Below are positions 24,013 to 37,804 of a stretch of DNA of 64,000 nucleotides, one piece after another (position 1 is the stretch's first letter; each line of letters starts with the position of its first letter). This DNA is from Heptranchias perlo (taxonomy: Eukaryota): assembly GCF_035084215.1 (NCBI RefSeq), contig NC_090331.1, positions 72,292,001 through 72,356,000 on the forward strand. Direction: 5' to 3'. Under the pieces are notes generated by a model. The model was given only the letters and a program-made list of their open reading frames with translations. It did no database searches and was not told the DNA's origin. Made by a program: the position numbers and the translations under genes.

Positions 24013-26241
24013 TTTGAGCTCACAGTTAGATTAGTAACTGACTGAATGTTCCACTGTTTCACACAGCTTGGTATTTATATGCTGGGCAGAAAGGCCTCTC
24101 TGGGCTGTACTTTTGTTACACGAATGATTCAGGATTGAAAATCAGCAAAATAGCAACAGAACAAATGTTGCATTCATTGTAGAAAAATACCTGAGTTATG
24201 GGTGATGCGTCATTGATTGTTTTCAGTTTGCTTTCACCTCATTTTAATTGTTATACAAATAACAGACCAGATTTAGAGTCTATTTCACTTCCACCTTACA
24301 ATTAAATATCTCAAACACAGCATTAAAGCTGGAAGTGTGTTGGAGTGCAGAAAGGATATCATTGCGAATATACATCCAGCTATTTGTACCTTTACTGATC
24401 AATGGAGATAGCTTAATACAAAGATTCAATTTTGTTTGGATTAATGCATCTGGTTTTATCACTTATATTTTTGAGTTGTTTCTTCCTTCTCAGTTCTTCT
24501 TCCTTTTTGGCAGAAACCCTGGCCTGTGCTCAGTATTTCACCACAGCAATGTAACCTAGATTGGGAAGGGTAGAGGATTGCGACTCGAAAACCCCATATC
24601 CTACGCATTGATATCCTAACATGCTTTGCTGTGCTGTACTCTGCCCACTGCCTCAGCCGTCATGCAGGCACCTATGATGCAACAGTCAAAGGTCAATGGG
24701 GCCATGGCTCCATGCACAGCCATCTGTGATAGCAAGGCAAATAGGCTTTTAGATCAGGGAATAACAAGGTGAATTAGACACAGTTATAGACAGCAGAGGA
24801 GTCAGCTGTCTCATCACCAATTATCTCCGAGGGAACAAAGTGTCTTTCAGATGGAATTGCATTGTGAAGTAGTTTGTAACATTTGTATTTCCCCGTTAGG
24901 ACTTTAACTTGAATCCAGCTCAGTGTGCCTGAAATTTGGCATTAATTGAGAGGAGAAAAGAATGGCTGATGGGAAAAGAAAATGTCAGAAGTGTGACTGA
25001 GGAAGGAGCTTCATTCTATATCTAGCCTGTGCCATATTCGACCCATAAATGCTCAGATAAGGTAGGAAAAGTAAGCAGATGGGCCACTCCTGTACTTAGC
25101 ACTGACACCTCACCTGAATGAGTATAATTGATCCCCTCCCATAACACTAAGAGCAATTTGTCACTGACCATTGTACAGCATTGAAATGAGGATGATCACA
25201 TGAATTCAGAATATCGGTTATAATTCTTTGTGATCTGCAAGAACATAATTGATAAATCCAGATGCAATACACCAGAAAAATTGAATATTTTTATTATCAT
25301 ACGTGCATTGATCAGTGCAGATACAAATAACACTCAGTTTCTATACTCCTTGTCAGGTAGAGCTCAGAGAGGCAGCTTGATCATGTTTGGGACAGAGATT
25401 TCGACACATCCTACAAAAGGCAGGCATAGCTGGGGCCCGAGGAAAGTTTAGGCCTCCACACCCCAAACTCCACCCCTCCCCCACTCTGCCTCATGAACAC
25501 AACCTCCATGAGACACCTCCAGAAGCTGATCTTGCCACCTACCTGTGTCACCAGTGGGGCCTTCAGGCTGCGTAATATTCCAACACATCCTTTCTGGAAT
25601 GACGCCCGGGAGATAAAATAACCCAGGCCTATTTCTGAAGCAGTGGGTGAGTTTCATACTTACACTGTTACCCACCCACCTCAAATCCACCCAGAGTTAT
25701 AAATAATCAGGTCTTTCAGGGTTGTGGCTGAGAACACGGAGAGCTACATGTTCAGAGGAAGATAGATGAGTGTGGGTAAAGAGAATACAGAAACAAAGGC
25801 AGCTGATGTCATGGTGTCATTTCTCGATAAGAGGATGAAAAGAAGACCAGAGACCGGAGGAAGGGGGCTGAGAAGGCTGGAGACATTGTGTGCTAAACTT
25901 TCAACCCCAGTCGTGGTGTAAACAGGCGAGATCGGATCGATTGCCCATTATACACTCCCCTCCTCCACACCCAGATTTTCCTTTCCATTGTAGTCAAAGT
26001 CAAGATAAATCGGGCGAGCCGTACAATGGACAACTGATCCGTTATTGCCTGTCTAAAGCCCCCACCGATGTTTATGTCCCATTGTACGTGCTATATAACT
26101 CAACACCGATTTACATTACATACCATTGCCATTCACCAATACACTAATATCCTTTCCTATGCTGTATTCTGTGCACTAACACCATTTAGTTTATAATTCC
26201 AGTGTTTATTATTCTTCCCTTTTCTTATCACTTTGCACTTG

Positions 26242-29200
26242 TGTAAGGAATTTGGACATTTGGTCAAACCCCATTTACTCTTTTGAACTAATTGACGATT
26301 CAACATAAAGAGTTAACCAGTCTCTTTAAGGATTTGGACATTCACTTGGATTCTGTCTCTCTTCTTCTGTTACAAGCTAGAGTGTTTATTGCTTTACTTG
26401 TTTTAAATCACTTCAACCATTTACCAAACATTCTTATTAATGTGATTACATCTCAAAAACACAAAGAGAAGGGCTTGGAGTTGGAAATTCCAAATCCAGC
26501 TGTTCTGTGTACATCAGTGTGTGAGATAGACAGGGTTAATTTCAGACAGGCTGCTCGCAAAAAGGAGAGAGCGAGACCTTGGAAGATCAGACAGAAAAGC
26601 TTGCCTGTCTCTCCCATGTTTTCTCTCGCCATATTTTGTTGGGTTGCTTAGAAATTTAGTGCGATTGTCGCAGTGCTTTAGTCAAGTGTATAAAATTTTT
26701 TAAGTTTCTTAATGTCAGTTAGTTCCCCCGGTGATAGAAGGAAATCTGATGTATTCACGGAGAAAAGTAACAGTGTAAGGTGGCCAACCACAACCACCAC
26801 GAAGGTCCAATAAAGGCACCTGAAGGAAATCAGAAAGCAAATGAATTGGCTAAGAAAGGGGGGATGGGGGAATGGATTGAGAGAGAGTGGAAATGTTTCC
26901 CCCAATGGAAAATAATCAGCCTGAGAAATTGCCCAACCCAATCAATTTGAAACAATTATAAAAAGAAGATCCTGAAATAAAGGCAGTCTTGGTGATGCTA
27001 GAAAAGAAAGAAAGTCCAAGGGGAGAATATGATAATCAACCCGAATTAAAGGTGAAAGATGGGATCCTGCTGTATGACCAAAAGTGGGTGATACCACAGA
27101 ATGAGTGAAATGCTTTTCTTTACCAAGCCCAGGACGCACCCACTTCAGGACACCCCGGGGAACATTAGAGAGGCTCCAGCATGGAATGAAAAGCCAGGTG
27201 GAGCATTATTGTCAAAACTGTTTAATTTGTGTACAGCACAACCCGGATGCGAATGCCAAGAAGACACTGTTACACCACACCCGGCCGACAGCTGGCCCTT
27301 GGACCAATCTACAGACAGGTTACATTGGGCCCTTTCTCCCTTTCTCTCGAGGTTATCGGTATGTGGTGGTACTAGTAGACACAGTCTCAAAGTGAGTAGT
27401 AGCATTTCAAACCCCCCATTGCAACAGCACAGGCCACTGCTAAAATACTGGTGAATCACGTATTCACCAGATGGGGATTCCCAAAGTCCATCGACTCGGA
27501 CCAATGTGTTGGGAATCAAAACACGATTCCATATTTCACATAATCCTTCCCCATCAGGCTTAGTGGAGAGAACGAACCGAACATTAAAAGCAATGTTAAA
27601 GAATTTGATTGAGCAATCCCCCAAAACATGGGACCAATTGCTGCCCTCGAATGGGAATGGGAAGTTGGGATGGGTATAAGAGGAAGAAGTTGGACTAGAT
27701 TGTAAATGCACAGGAGAGAGTGGTACACCAATCCTCTCCCTGGCTTGGAAAAAGGGAGCGATCCTGGATGGTAACATTGAAAGAGACCTAATTAAGGAAA
27801 CCTTAAAGACTAGAATTTAATAAAAGGCATGAGGGACTGTTTAGCTGTGGCACTAGCTTTTACAAATATGGGAATTAATGTTGACTGCGACAATGTTACA
27901 ACCACCTCACTCACCAATGGTGCGGGGACCCACAGTAGAAGGAGGCGGGGAGATGAGAATGATTAGGAATCAGAGTCATGGCTGGAAACAGCAGCCTGGA
28001 ACCAGATAGACATAGAGAGCATGCGGGAACAAATGAAGGAACTTTTAAAGAGCATGAATAAAGGGGATCGAGATCTGGGCCCTGATTTTCAAATAAAATT
28101 GCGGGTGCGTTGGGGGCAGGGGGACTGCGACAATCAGGAAAATCACAAGTGGGTGAAGAAGCCGCCGACTTCCGGGTTTCCCAATGACGTGCCTGTGTGC
28201 GCGTGCGCTACACGAATGCAGAAGTCCTGCCGGCAATTAAAACCAGCGGGACGATAGTTAAAGAACCAAACGTATCTCATTGAGGTACTTAAAGTATTTT
28301 ATTTCTGACATAGTACAGAGTTAAAACGATTGAAAACTTACCTGGGCAGCTTTCCCACAGCTTCCAATTCACGCCTGGTGAAACCTGATGTGAAGGGCTT
28401 GGTCAGGCAAAAATAATCGTAATAATTTAAATAAAAAATAAACCAACTTTGCCACCGATGTCTCCTGCACCCCCCTGCTCTGATGTCGGATGTCCCCCTC
28501 TCTGATGTCCCCCTCTCCCCCTGATGTCCCCCCTCTCTGTCGTCCCTCTCAGCCCCCAATGTCTCCCACTCCGATGCTCCACTCAGCCCCCGGCGTCTCC
28601 CCCCCCGATCTCCCCCTCACTCTACCCCCGGATCTCCCTCTCTCCACCACCCCCCCCGATCTTCCCCTCTCCCCCCCCCACAATCTACAGCGCTCTCCAC
28701 TCTCTGTTCCAGCACTGGATGATGTGTGTCTCTCTCTCTCTCTCTATTTCTCTCCACCACTCCCCTCGGCGTAGCAGCTCCTGTTGGCAGCCAGTCTGTC
28801 AATCAGGCTGACTGACGGGCGCGAAACCCCACTGCCATCACGCCACCTTTTTAAAATTGAGCCCCTGATATATGAAACCCAATAGGATACAGTATCGAGA
28901 GCCAAAATAACAAAAGGCACGGAGCAAATAATGGGAAGAGTAAATGACATAATGGACTCAAACACAATATAACGGGATATGTTGGGAAATAAAAGGTCCA
29001 AGAAGAGGTTAAGTAAAATAAACAAACAATATAACTTAGACCAGGTTGGGAATGTTTACTCTATGTTTCAATAATGAAATTGGGACAACCGGAGGCAACG
29101 GAGAAATTATATTTAACAAGAATTATCCACAAAATGGATAATGGTAAAAGGAGAGCTGGAGAATCTTTTAAGTCCAAGATTTCTTGAGAATATTGCACAC

Positions 29201-31009
29201 TGTAATTTTCTGACAAACTTGGTGAAGATGAAACGAGCTAATGCATTTATAGATTAAAAAAATACAAAAGCTAGTAGATCATGAGTGGTGTGAGACAGTA
29301 CATAATGTTGGACAACACACATGGGTTAGAATGTTTAGTATGGCTTTAATAAGCAACGTTTACTAATGTTTATGATGATAATCTGCTTATGTGTAATGGG
29401 ATGTTTAATTCACAACCATGGCAAAGCAATATTCTTTCTGCATATGTCACGGCAAACCCGTCCTACACAGGAACATGACCCAATGATAAAGGAAACTTAC
29501 CAATCACGGACAATGCTCAAAGTGTGTGAAAGTGGATTGGTCAAAAGATTAGTCAGATCCACTTGAGGAGGGACTGTAAGGATTTTGGACATTGGGTCAA
29601 ACCTCATTTTATTATTTTGAACGACTGGATGATTCAATATAAAGGGTTAACCAGTCCCTTTAAGGATTTGGACATTCACTTCGATCATACATTTACATTA
29701 CATTTGACAACAAGGGATAACGGGCCGCCCACTGATCCGAAACACTGTCTCCTCTCGGGCGGTGAGGACGTGTAAACGTGCCCATCCACCCTCAAGTCCC
29801 TCCTGCTGCCGGCCGTTATGTGCCACCTTCTCCTGCAAAACAGAGGACAGTTTGTCAGTGAGTATCCTGCAAGGAATGTGGGTGATATGTCTGTCATGGT
29901 CGAATAGCTGTCAGTTTCTGTGACCTGTGAGTGGTGGTTGTGTGGCCTGCAAGTGTAGAACTATGTTCGGGTGAGATGCAGCGTACTGAGTGCAGCATTG
30001 CTTGTAGATGGGCAGTGTTTGTTGGTGGGTGGGTGACGGGGAGTGTGATGTGTGTGGCAGTAATGCATTTGGTAGGATGTGCTACTTGACACTTGCATTC
30101 ACTCACCTTGACCACTCGTGTCAAATCATTGAACTTCTTTCAGCACTGCATGACATGGCGGGTGCAGTGCTCCTGGCGTTGAAATCCTGCGCCACAGCCT
30201 GCCAATGCCTGCGGAGCTGCAGTCCGGAGGGACTCCTGCCACCCTTCCGTACACCCCTTCCACCAGGGCCTCCAGAGCATCATCGGAATAGCGTGGAGCC
30301 CTCTTTCGTGGTGGTCCAGCTATCCTCATGGCCATCTTTCCCTCCTGCAAGTAAGCAGTGTACCTGCCATTTGCAGTGTGCACCGGCACTTTTAAGAGGT
30401 GCGGGCTGCTGATGACGTGCGCTGTGCACGCCCCATTTCCAACTTCCTCATTCTCCGTGTAGCCTCTCAGCTGCACAGAGATATCATGGTGGGTAGCTGG
30501 CAGCACGAAGTTCACGTGCTGCCTGCGTAGGGTCCATCGGGCGCGGGGTACAATCACATCATGCCACCCCCGCCCGAAAACGGCCCATATCGAATTTTAC
30601 CCCAATGTCTCTAAACGTTGATGAAAAGACAAAACTTGATGAGACAAACTTCGACATATCACCTGTTACCAAAGAAATCAATTCCCTACTTTCGGACCTG
30701 AACGACTGCTTTGACCTAGACGACTGCTTTCATGGGTAAGGTTGTATCATTTCTTTGCTCGCTTTGTTTTGAGCCTCCTCATGTGCTCTTTCAAATCATT
30801 AAGTAAGGAACATCGCAAATCCCCACTTGCATTATCGGGAAGAGTAATCCTTCTATTAATTGAGTGGCTTCATGCTGGCCATGTGCTCTTTTTAAATTAC
30901 TGAATAAAAAATCACTGTGAGCCACAAAACTAACACATCAGGTGGCTTTCTTTGTCTGTGCTATCGTCCAGATCCATGAATCTCTGGGAAAGACCCGAAA
31001 TTCCCGACA
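26242..31009 (+). mobile_element. Endogenous retrovirus, unit B (nested MITE 28078-28864; Harbinger fragment 29721-30603)
   Basis: Copy of unit A at +11,610. Confidence 0.88.
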
Positions 31010-33219
31010 CTTGTCACAATTTTACAACCAATTTATCGTCTGTCCAGAATGCTCTGCACCTGATCAACCTGCTTTTGATTGTTTGCAATCCCCACCATGG
31101 TGTCATTAGAAAATTTGGGCAGTTTTGACTCTATCTCCACTTCCAAATCATTGATATATAATGTGAATAGCAAAGGTCCCAGCACAGATCCCTGGGGCAC
31201 CCTCAATCATTTCCCATCATTCGGAACCAGCTCCATGCACAATAACTCGCTGTCTCAATTGATGCAGTCAGTTGCCAAACCAATTCAATAACTGCTCATC
31301 TAATCTATGCTTTGCTGTCTTTTGGATCAAACTACAATGTGGCACTGAATCAAAAGCCTCACTGTAGTCTGTACAAACAATATTCATGGAGTTTCTTTCA
31401 TCCATAACCTCCAATACCACCTCAAAGTATTCCAACAGGGTTCCCTCCATAAAGTTGTGCTAATTTATCTTGGTGGCTTCATATGCCTTTGGCGTTAAAT
31501 GATGCCCTTCGTTAAGATAATATCTGAACATTTTCCCAACAACAGACGTCAGGCTCATCAGCCTATAATTTCCAGGACGGTCCTTTTGCCCTTTTTTTAA
31601 TTACACTGGTTGTGTCCCTTTCTCTCCAATCCTTGGGCACAACTCCTGACCTTAAAGACCTCCACCAAAACATAACCAATTTTCTTGGCTTCTTGCTTAG
31701 GTACCCTAGTGTGCTGGCTTTGGTGTCTTACCCTCTTTCAGTGCCTTTAACATTTCAGTCACTTCCTTTTCAGTAGCAACCTGTAATCCTTGCTTTGATC
31801 AATGTATTTTAACAATGCTAATACTGGTATTTTTGAATTTACTTCTGTTTTATAATTGGTGATACACGTACACTTATGAGGAGAGAATCAGAAAACCAGT
31901 AGCTGCTTGTTGTTTTGACCAAAGCAACAGTGCAAAAGTCCTTCAATCAGTATATGTGTAACAGATATAATTACCATGCAAAACTTTCAGATTGGAGTTA
32001 TAAGCAAATTTGTACACACATTCTTGCTGTGAAAGGTGTTCTCTGTGATATAGAAGGTAAATGTATCTTGTTTGCTTGTACCATAGATAAATGGACACTT
32101 TACTCACTCTTCAATTCATCTCACAGACATCTCCGATGAAAGGCTCAACAGGCAGTAGAACCATAGTTTTTTATATGTCTGAAACCAAGCAAAATAAATC
32201 TTTTGATCTGAGGATGAGGAGGTTGATTTGCTACAGACTTGTACAGGAGTGGAGCTAATCACCTGAATATCATCACTTTAACGGCACTGAGAGTCCGTCA
32301 GAAGGAATGTAACTTTGAAGTAGTTTACAGCATAGTCACTTGACTTCTCGGACATGAGCTTGACTCTAACTCAACCCACTGAGGCAACCTGGGATCATTT
32401 GAACTGATTCAGAAGCCAAAGGATGGCTGTTGGAATAAAAATCTCAGATTGGTTGCAGTTGTCTGTGCCGCTGTGAGGGTAGGGTTAGGGCACGTTGTTA
32501 GGGCAGAAGATTGAGAGCTTCATCCTGCATTTGAACTTTGTTGTATTGGCCCATGAAAGCTTGATGTTTATAGAGATCGAAACAAGTTCCATCACCTAAA
32601 ACTTGCACAATTCACCTCAATCACACAAAATACTACCCTCTTTAAACCAGTTGGGAGCTATTTAATATTGACCTGTATTTTTACCTGAGGAGATTAGAAA
32701 GTTATTATATTTGATGAGAAAATTTCTGATAAATCACTGCATTAATTATAAATATTCACGTAACATTTTTTATCATTGATTGGTGCTGATATTACCAGCA
32801 GGAATTGATATTTTTTCTGAGGTTGCGTTCCAACAGCACTGATTGAGTTATTTTTGCCATGTGATATGTTTTACAATGTGTTTCTTTCAATGAATCACAT
32901 TCTCTTAGAGCTGTGGATGTCAGGGAAATTGAACTAAATCATTAAATGCTTTCTGCTTGAAATGTGCCTGACCTTTATTTCAGATTTCTTTGGCAAATTG
33001 AAATGCTAAAGAATTGACCACCTGTGATTATGGGCCAAGCAGTCCTCATTCATAGTGACACACATTTTCAATCTCTCTTCTTTGAAGTCACAACATTAAA
33101 TTGTCAATGTTATTGATTGAGTTTACAAGGCCAAATTCCTTCAGGTTGAAATCCCGGGAATCCAGCAGAAAGGTTGAGAAAAATGTCGGTTGCTGGATAG
33201 GCCAGGTCGGGATCTTAGT

Positions 33220-33615
33220 GTTAGCCATGGCTCAGTTGTCGCACTCTCGTCTCTGAGTTAGAAGGTTGTAGGTTTAAGTCGCACTCCAGAGATTTGAGCA
33301 CAAAACCTAGGCTGATACTTTAGTGCAGTACTGAGGGAACACTGTAATCTACTGACAGAGACTCTCGTCTCAAGATCTGGGCAGTTCTCCCCGATGTCCA
33401 TTCCAATATTTATCCCTCGACCAACATCACTAAAAACAGATGATCTGGTTATTGATCGCATTTCAGTTAGTGAGAGCTTGCTGTGCGCAAATTGTCTGCC
33501 GTGTTTCCTCCATTACAACAGTGACTGCACTTCTAAAGTGCTTAATTGGCTGTAAAGCACATTGGCACATCCTGAGGTTGTGAAAGGGGCTATATAAATA
33601 CAAGTTCTTTCTTTT
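33220..33615 (+). mobile_element. SacSINE1-like DeuSINE
   Basis: Copy of 10000-10395 at +23,220. Confidence 0.8.
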
Positions 33616-34057
33616 AGTTGGGCATTCCTAATCAGCCTTGTAAGTAGGCCCAGTGAGATCTGCTATATCACCCTCATGAAAGGTGTAAATAGACCTCACC
33701 GGAAGAGATGCAGGATTGGGAAATGACTCCTCCAAGTCCCGTACAAATGAGCTGATCTCCTATTGGCCACGCAAACCCCACCCAGATCGGTACTGATTGG
33801 CACCGGTGGGCACAATTCTGCATCTCTAATTACATTTCCAATGTAATTTTCTGCATCACTAATTACTCACTTTAATGATATTCATATAGCTACGGTAAAA
33901 TATTCTGCATGAGACCACCTGATACCATCACTGTTTTGGACAATTTCATTGCGGATCAGAAAATAAGTCAATTAAGCAAAATGACAGTGTAATAGTGGAT
34001 CTTTTATTATGTTGGCTAATGATTCAACAACATAAAGTCATGTTTTACAATGATAGA

Positions 34058-35622
34058 CTAGATGTCCCTCATGCGCCTGAAAGATCCGATACTTGAGCTG
34101 ATGCCACCCCAGTCACTGAATCTCCTGTATTCACCGGGTCTCATGAAGTACTGGCGGCCTCTGTAGTTGGGTTGTTCATAGAAGTTCCAGTAACCGTCCA
34201 TCACATGGCAGGAGTGAATGTCACGGGAGCGGAAACGATCGTAGACAGATGGACAGTCATCCGTGAATTCCATCATCTGTCCTCCAAAGTCAGGCCTCTC
34301 ATAAATCTTCATTCTGTACGACCTTCCTCTGTACTGTAATATAAATACGATCATATTCCTGATGAAACTGCAAATATACATTTGGTATGTGTAGAAAAAG
34401 AGATACCTGGTAAGGAGGGAATATGACGGGGCCCAGATGATGTCATCAACAATGAGGGCAAAGCTGAGTAAATTTATTAACATCGATTGAACAAGTTGAT
34501 TATGTTTGAGCCTCGTTAACAGCAAGCAGCTCCTATGTAATTTTATACAGTGAAGCAGTGAACTCTCTGTAAGAGTACACGTGGTCTGATATTAATGGTT
34601 GCACCCAGACAGGAGGTTTCTCAATAGCTGTAAAAATCTAAATTTACTTATTGATCGTATTGTGAGGAGATTTTTCTCTGTGTGTGGGAGCAGGTTTCTC
34701 TTTCTTTTAATCTATTAAACAATTACAGTAAAACTAATGGTGCAAGTGCAAATATGCCTGTCAGCAAGTTGTACTCAGTCATGTCTTAGTCTAGCTCGAG
34801 ATAAACTTATTACTTTCTACACACTCAATGCATCAATTTGGCTTTCAGTTCTGAATATTTGATTAATAACAAACAAATGTATCCAATTATATTTCCAAAT
34901 ATTTATGAGCTATGCAACAGGCTACACGTCACATGACACATTGACCTTCCTTTCCAGTTCGCACAAGTATAGACTTAAAAACCAAGCCGTATAACTTCAC
35001 CGCAGGTACAAAATTACAAGGGCTGGTACTAACTTTTGATAGTAGCAGAAAACAGGTGGCAGTGGATTGGAAAATCAGGCAGGATATATGACGGGCAGCC
35101 AATCCGCTTCCGTCCGTTATCCCCCACTGCCGAAAGTTAAAATCAGCCCCATGTAAACGGGTAATATGTCTTCACAGCCGACACAGACAAAATAAAATGC
35201 CCAGCACAGTGGCCATTTTCTAGATGTCACTCTGGGTAGAACAAAGAAACCACCAAAAGTTTGTTTACTTACGTATGGGTAGGTGCGACATGACCTGATG
35301 TTGTCATTGAATCCCATCCAGCGCTGGTAGTCAGGATATTCTCCCCTGCTCAGAACATACTGATATCCCATGTAATTGGGTTTCTCATACACCACCCACC
35401 AGTCACTCTCAACACGGATGGAGTTACAGCGGCTGAAGTAAGAGGACAGGTCAGCACAGTCAGTACTGCACTCGTGGTGCCGACCCTGGAAGTTTCTGTC
35501 CTCGTAAAAGATGATCTGTGGAAAGACATAAGCTTGTAATTAATAATTTCACAAACTAGAAGATAATTAACGATGAATTCTAATACAATGTATAAAATCT
35601 GAGTTCTCCTTGCCTTTCCCAT
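34058..35622 (-). CDS. Gamma-crystallin (shark S-1-like) copy C; exons 35614-35622, 35273-35515, 34058-34333; 175 aa
   Basis: Protein identical to A; splice sites, TATA box and polyA signal intact. Confidence 0.97.
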
Positions 35623-37804
35623 TTTGAGCTCACAGTTAGATTAGTAACTGACTGAATGTTCCACTGTTTCACACAGCTTGGTATTTATATGCTGGGCAGA
35701 AAGGCCTCTCTGGGCTGTACTTTTGTTACACGAATGATTCAGGATTGAAAATCAGCAAAATAGCAACAGAACAAATGTTGCATTCATTGTAGAAAAATAC
35801 CTGAGTTATGGGTGATGCGTCATTGATTGTTTTCAGTTTGCTTTCACCTCATTTTAATTGTTATACAAATAACAGACCAGATTTAGAGTCTATTTCACTT
35901 CCACCTTACAATTAAATATCTCAAACACAGCATTAAAGCTGGAAGTGTGTTGGAGTGCAGAAAGGATATCATTGCGAATATACATCCAGCTATTTGTACC
36001 TTTACTGATCAATGGAGATAGCTTAATACAAAGATTCAATTTTGTTTGGATTAATGCATCTGGTTTTATCACTTATATTTTTGAGTTGTTTCTTCCTTCT
36101 CAGTTCTTCTTCCTTTTTGGCAGAAACCCTGGCCTGTGCTCAGTATTTCACCACAGCAATGTAACCTAGATTGGGAAGGGTAGAGGATTGCGACTCGAAA
36201 ACCCCATATCCTACGCATTGATATCCTAACATGCTTTGCTGTGCTGTACTCTGCCCACTGCCTCAGCCGTCATGCAGGCACCTATGATGCAACAGTCAAA
36301 GGTCAATGGGGCCATGGCTCCATGCACAGCCATCTGTGATAGCAAGGCAAATAGGCTTTTAGATCAGGGAATAACAAGGTGAATTAGACACAGTTATAGA
36401 CAGCAGAGGAGTCAGCTGTCTCATCACCAATTACCTCCAAGGGAACAAAGTGTCTTTCAGATGGAATTGCATTGTGAAGTAGTTTGTAACATTTGTATTT
36501 CCCCGTTAGGACTTTAACTTGAATCCAGCTCAGTGTGCCTGTAATTTGGCATTAATTGAGAGGAGAAAACAATGGCTGATGGGAAAATAAAATGTCAGAA
36601 GTGTGACTGAGGAAGGAGCTTCATTCATTATCTAGCCTGTGCCATTTTCGACCCATAAATGCTCAGATAAGGTAGGAAAAGTAAGCAGATGGGCCACTCC
36701 TGTACTTAGCACTGACACCTCACCTGAATGAGTATAATTGATCCCCTCCCATAACACTAAGAGCAATTTGTCACTGACCATTGTACAGCATTGAAATGAG
36801 GATGATCACATGAATTCAGAATATCGGTTATAATTCTTTGTGATCTGCAAGAACATAATTGATAAATCCAGATGCAATACACCAAAAAAATTGAATATTT
36901 TTATTATCATACGTGCATTGATCAGTGCAGGTACAAATAACACTCAGTTTCTATACTCCTTGTCAGGTAGAGCTCAGAGAGGCAGCTTGATCATGTTTGG
37001 GACAGAGATTTCGACACATCCTACAAAAGGCAGGCATAGCTGGGGCCCGAGGAAAGTTTAGGCCTCCACACCCCAAACTCCACCCCTCCCCCACTCTGCC
37101 TCATGAACACAACCTCCATGAGACACCTCCAGAAGCTGATCTTGCCACCTACCTGTGTCACCAGTGGGGCCTTCAGGCTGCGTAATATTCCAACACATCC
37201 TTTCTGGAATGACGCCCGGGAGATAAAATAACCCAGGCCTATTTCTGAAGCAGTGGGTGAGTTTCATACTTACACTGTTACCCACCCACCTCAAATCCGC
37301 CCAGAGTTATAAATAATCAGGTCTTTCAGGGTTGTGGCTGAGAACACGGAGAGCTACATGTTCAGAGGAAGATAGATGAGTGTGGGTAAAGAGAATACAG
37401 AAACAAAGGCAGCTGATGTCATGGTGTCATTTCTCGATAAGAGGATGAAAAGAAGACCAGAGACCGGAGGAAGGGGGCTGAGAAGGCTGGAGACATTGTG
37501 TGCTAAACTTTCAACCCCAGTCGTGGTGTAAACAGGCGAGATCGGATCGATTGCCCATTATACACTCCCCTCCTCCACACCCAGATTTTCCTTTCCATTG
37601 TAGTCAAAGTCAAGATAAATCGGGCGAGCCGTACAATGGACAGCTGATCCGTTATTGCCTGTCTAAAGCCCCCACCGATGTTGAAAGTTCCGATTAGCGT
37701 GATTTGTGTTCTATTGTACGTGCTATATAACTCAACACCGATTTACATTTAGTTTATAATTCCAGTGTTTATTTTTCTTCCCTTGTCTAATCACTTTGCA
37801 CTTG

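Larger units (their letters stand above)
4725..37680. repeat. Near-identical 11,610-bp tandem segmental duplication (about 2.8 periods) containing genes A, B and C
   Basis: ORFs and sequence recur at exactly +11,610 and +23,220 with only scattered SNPs. Confidence 0.97.
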
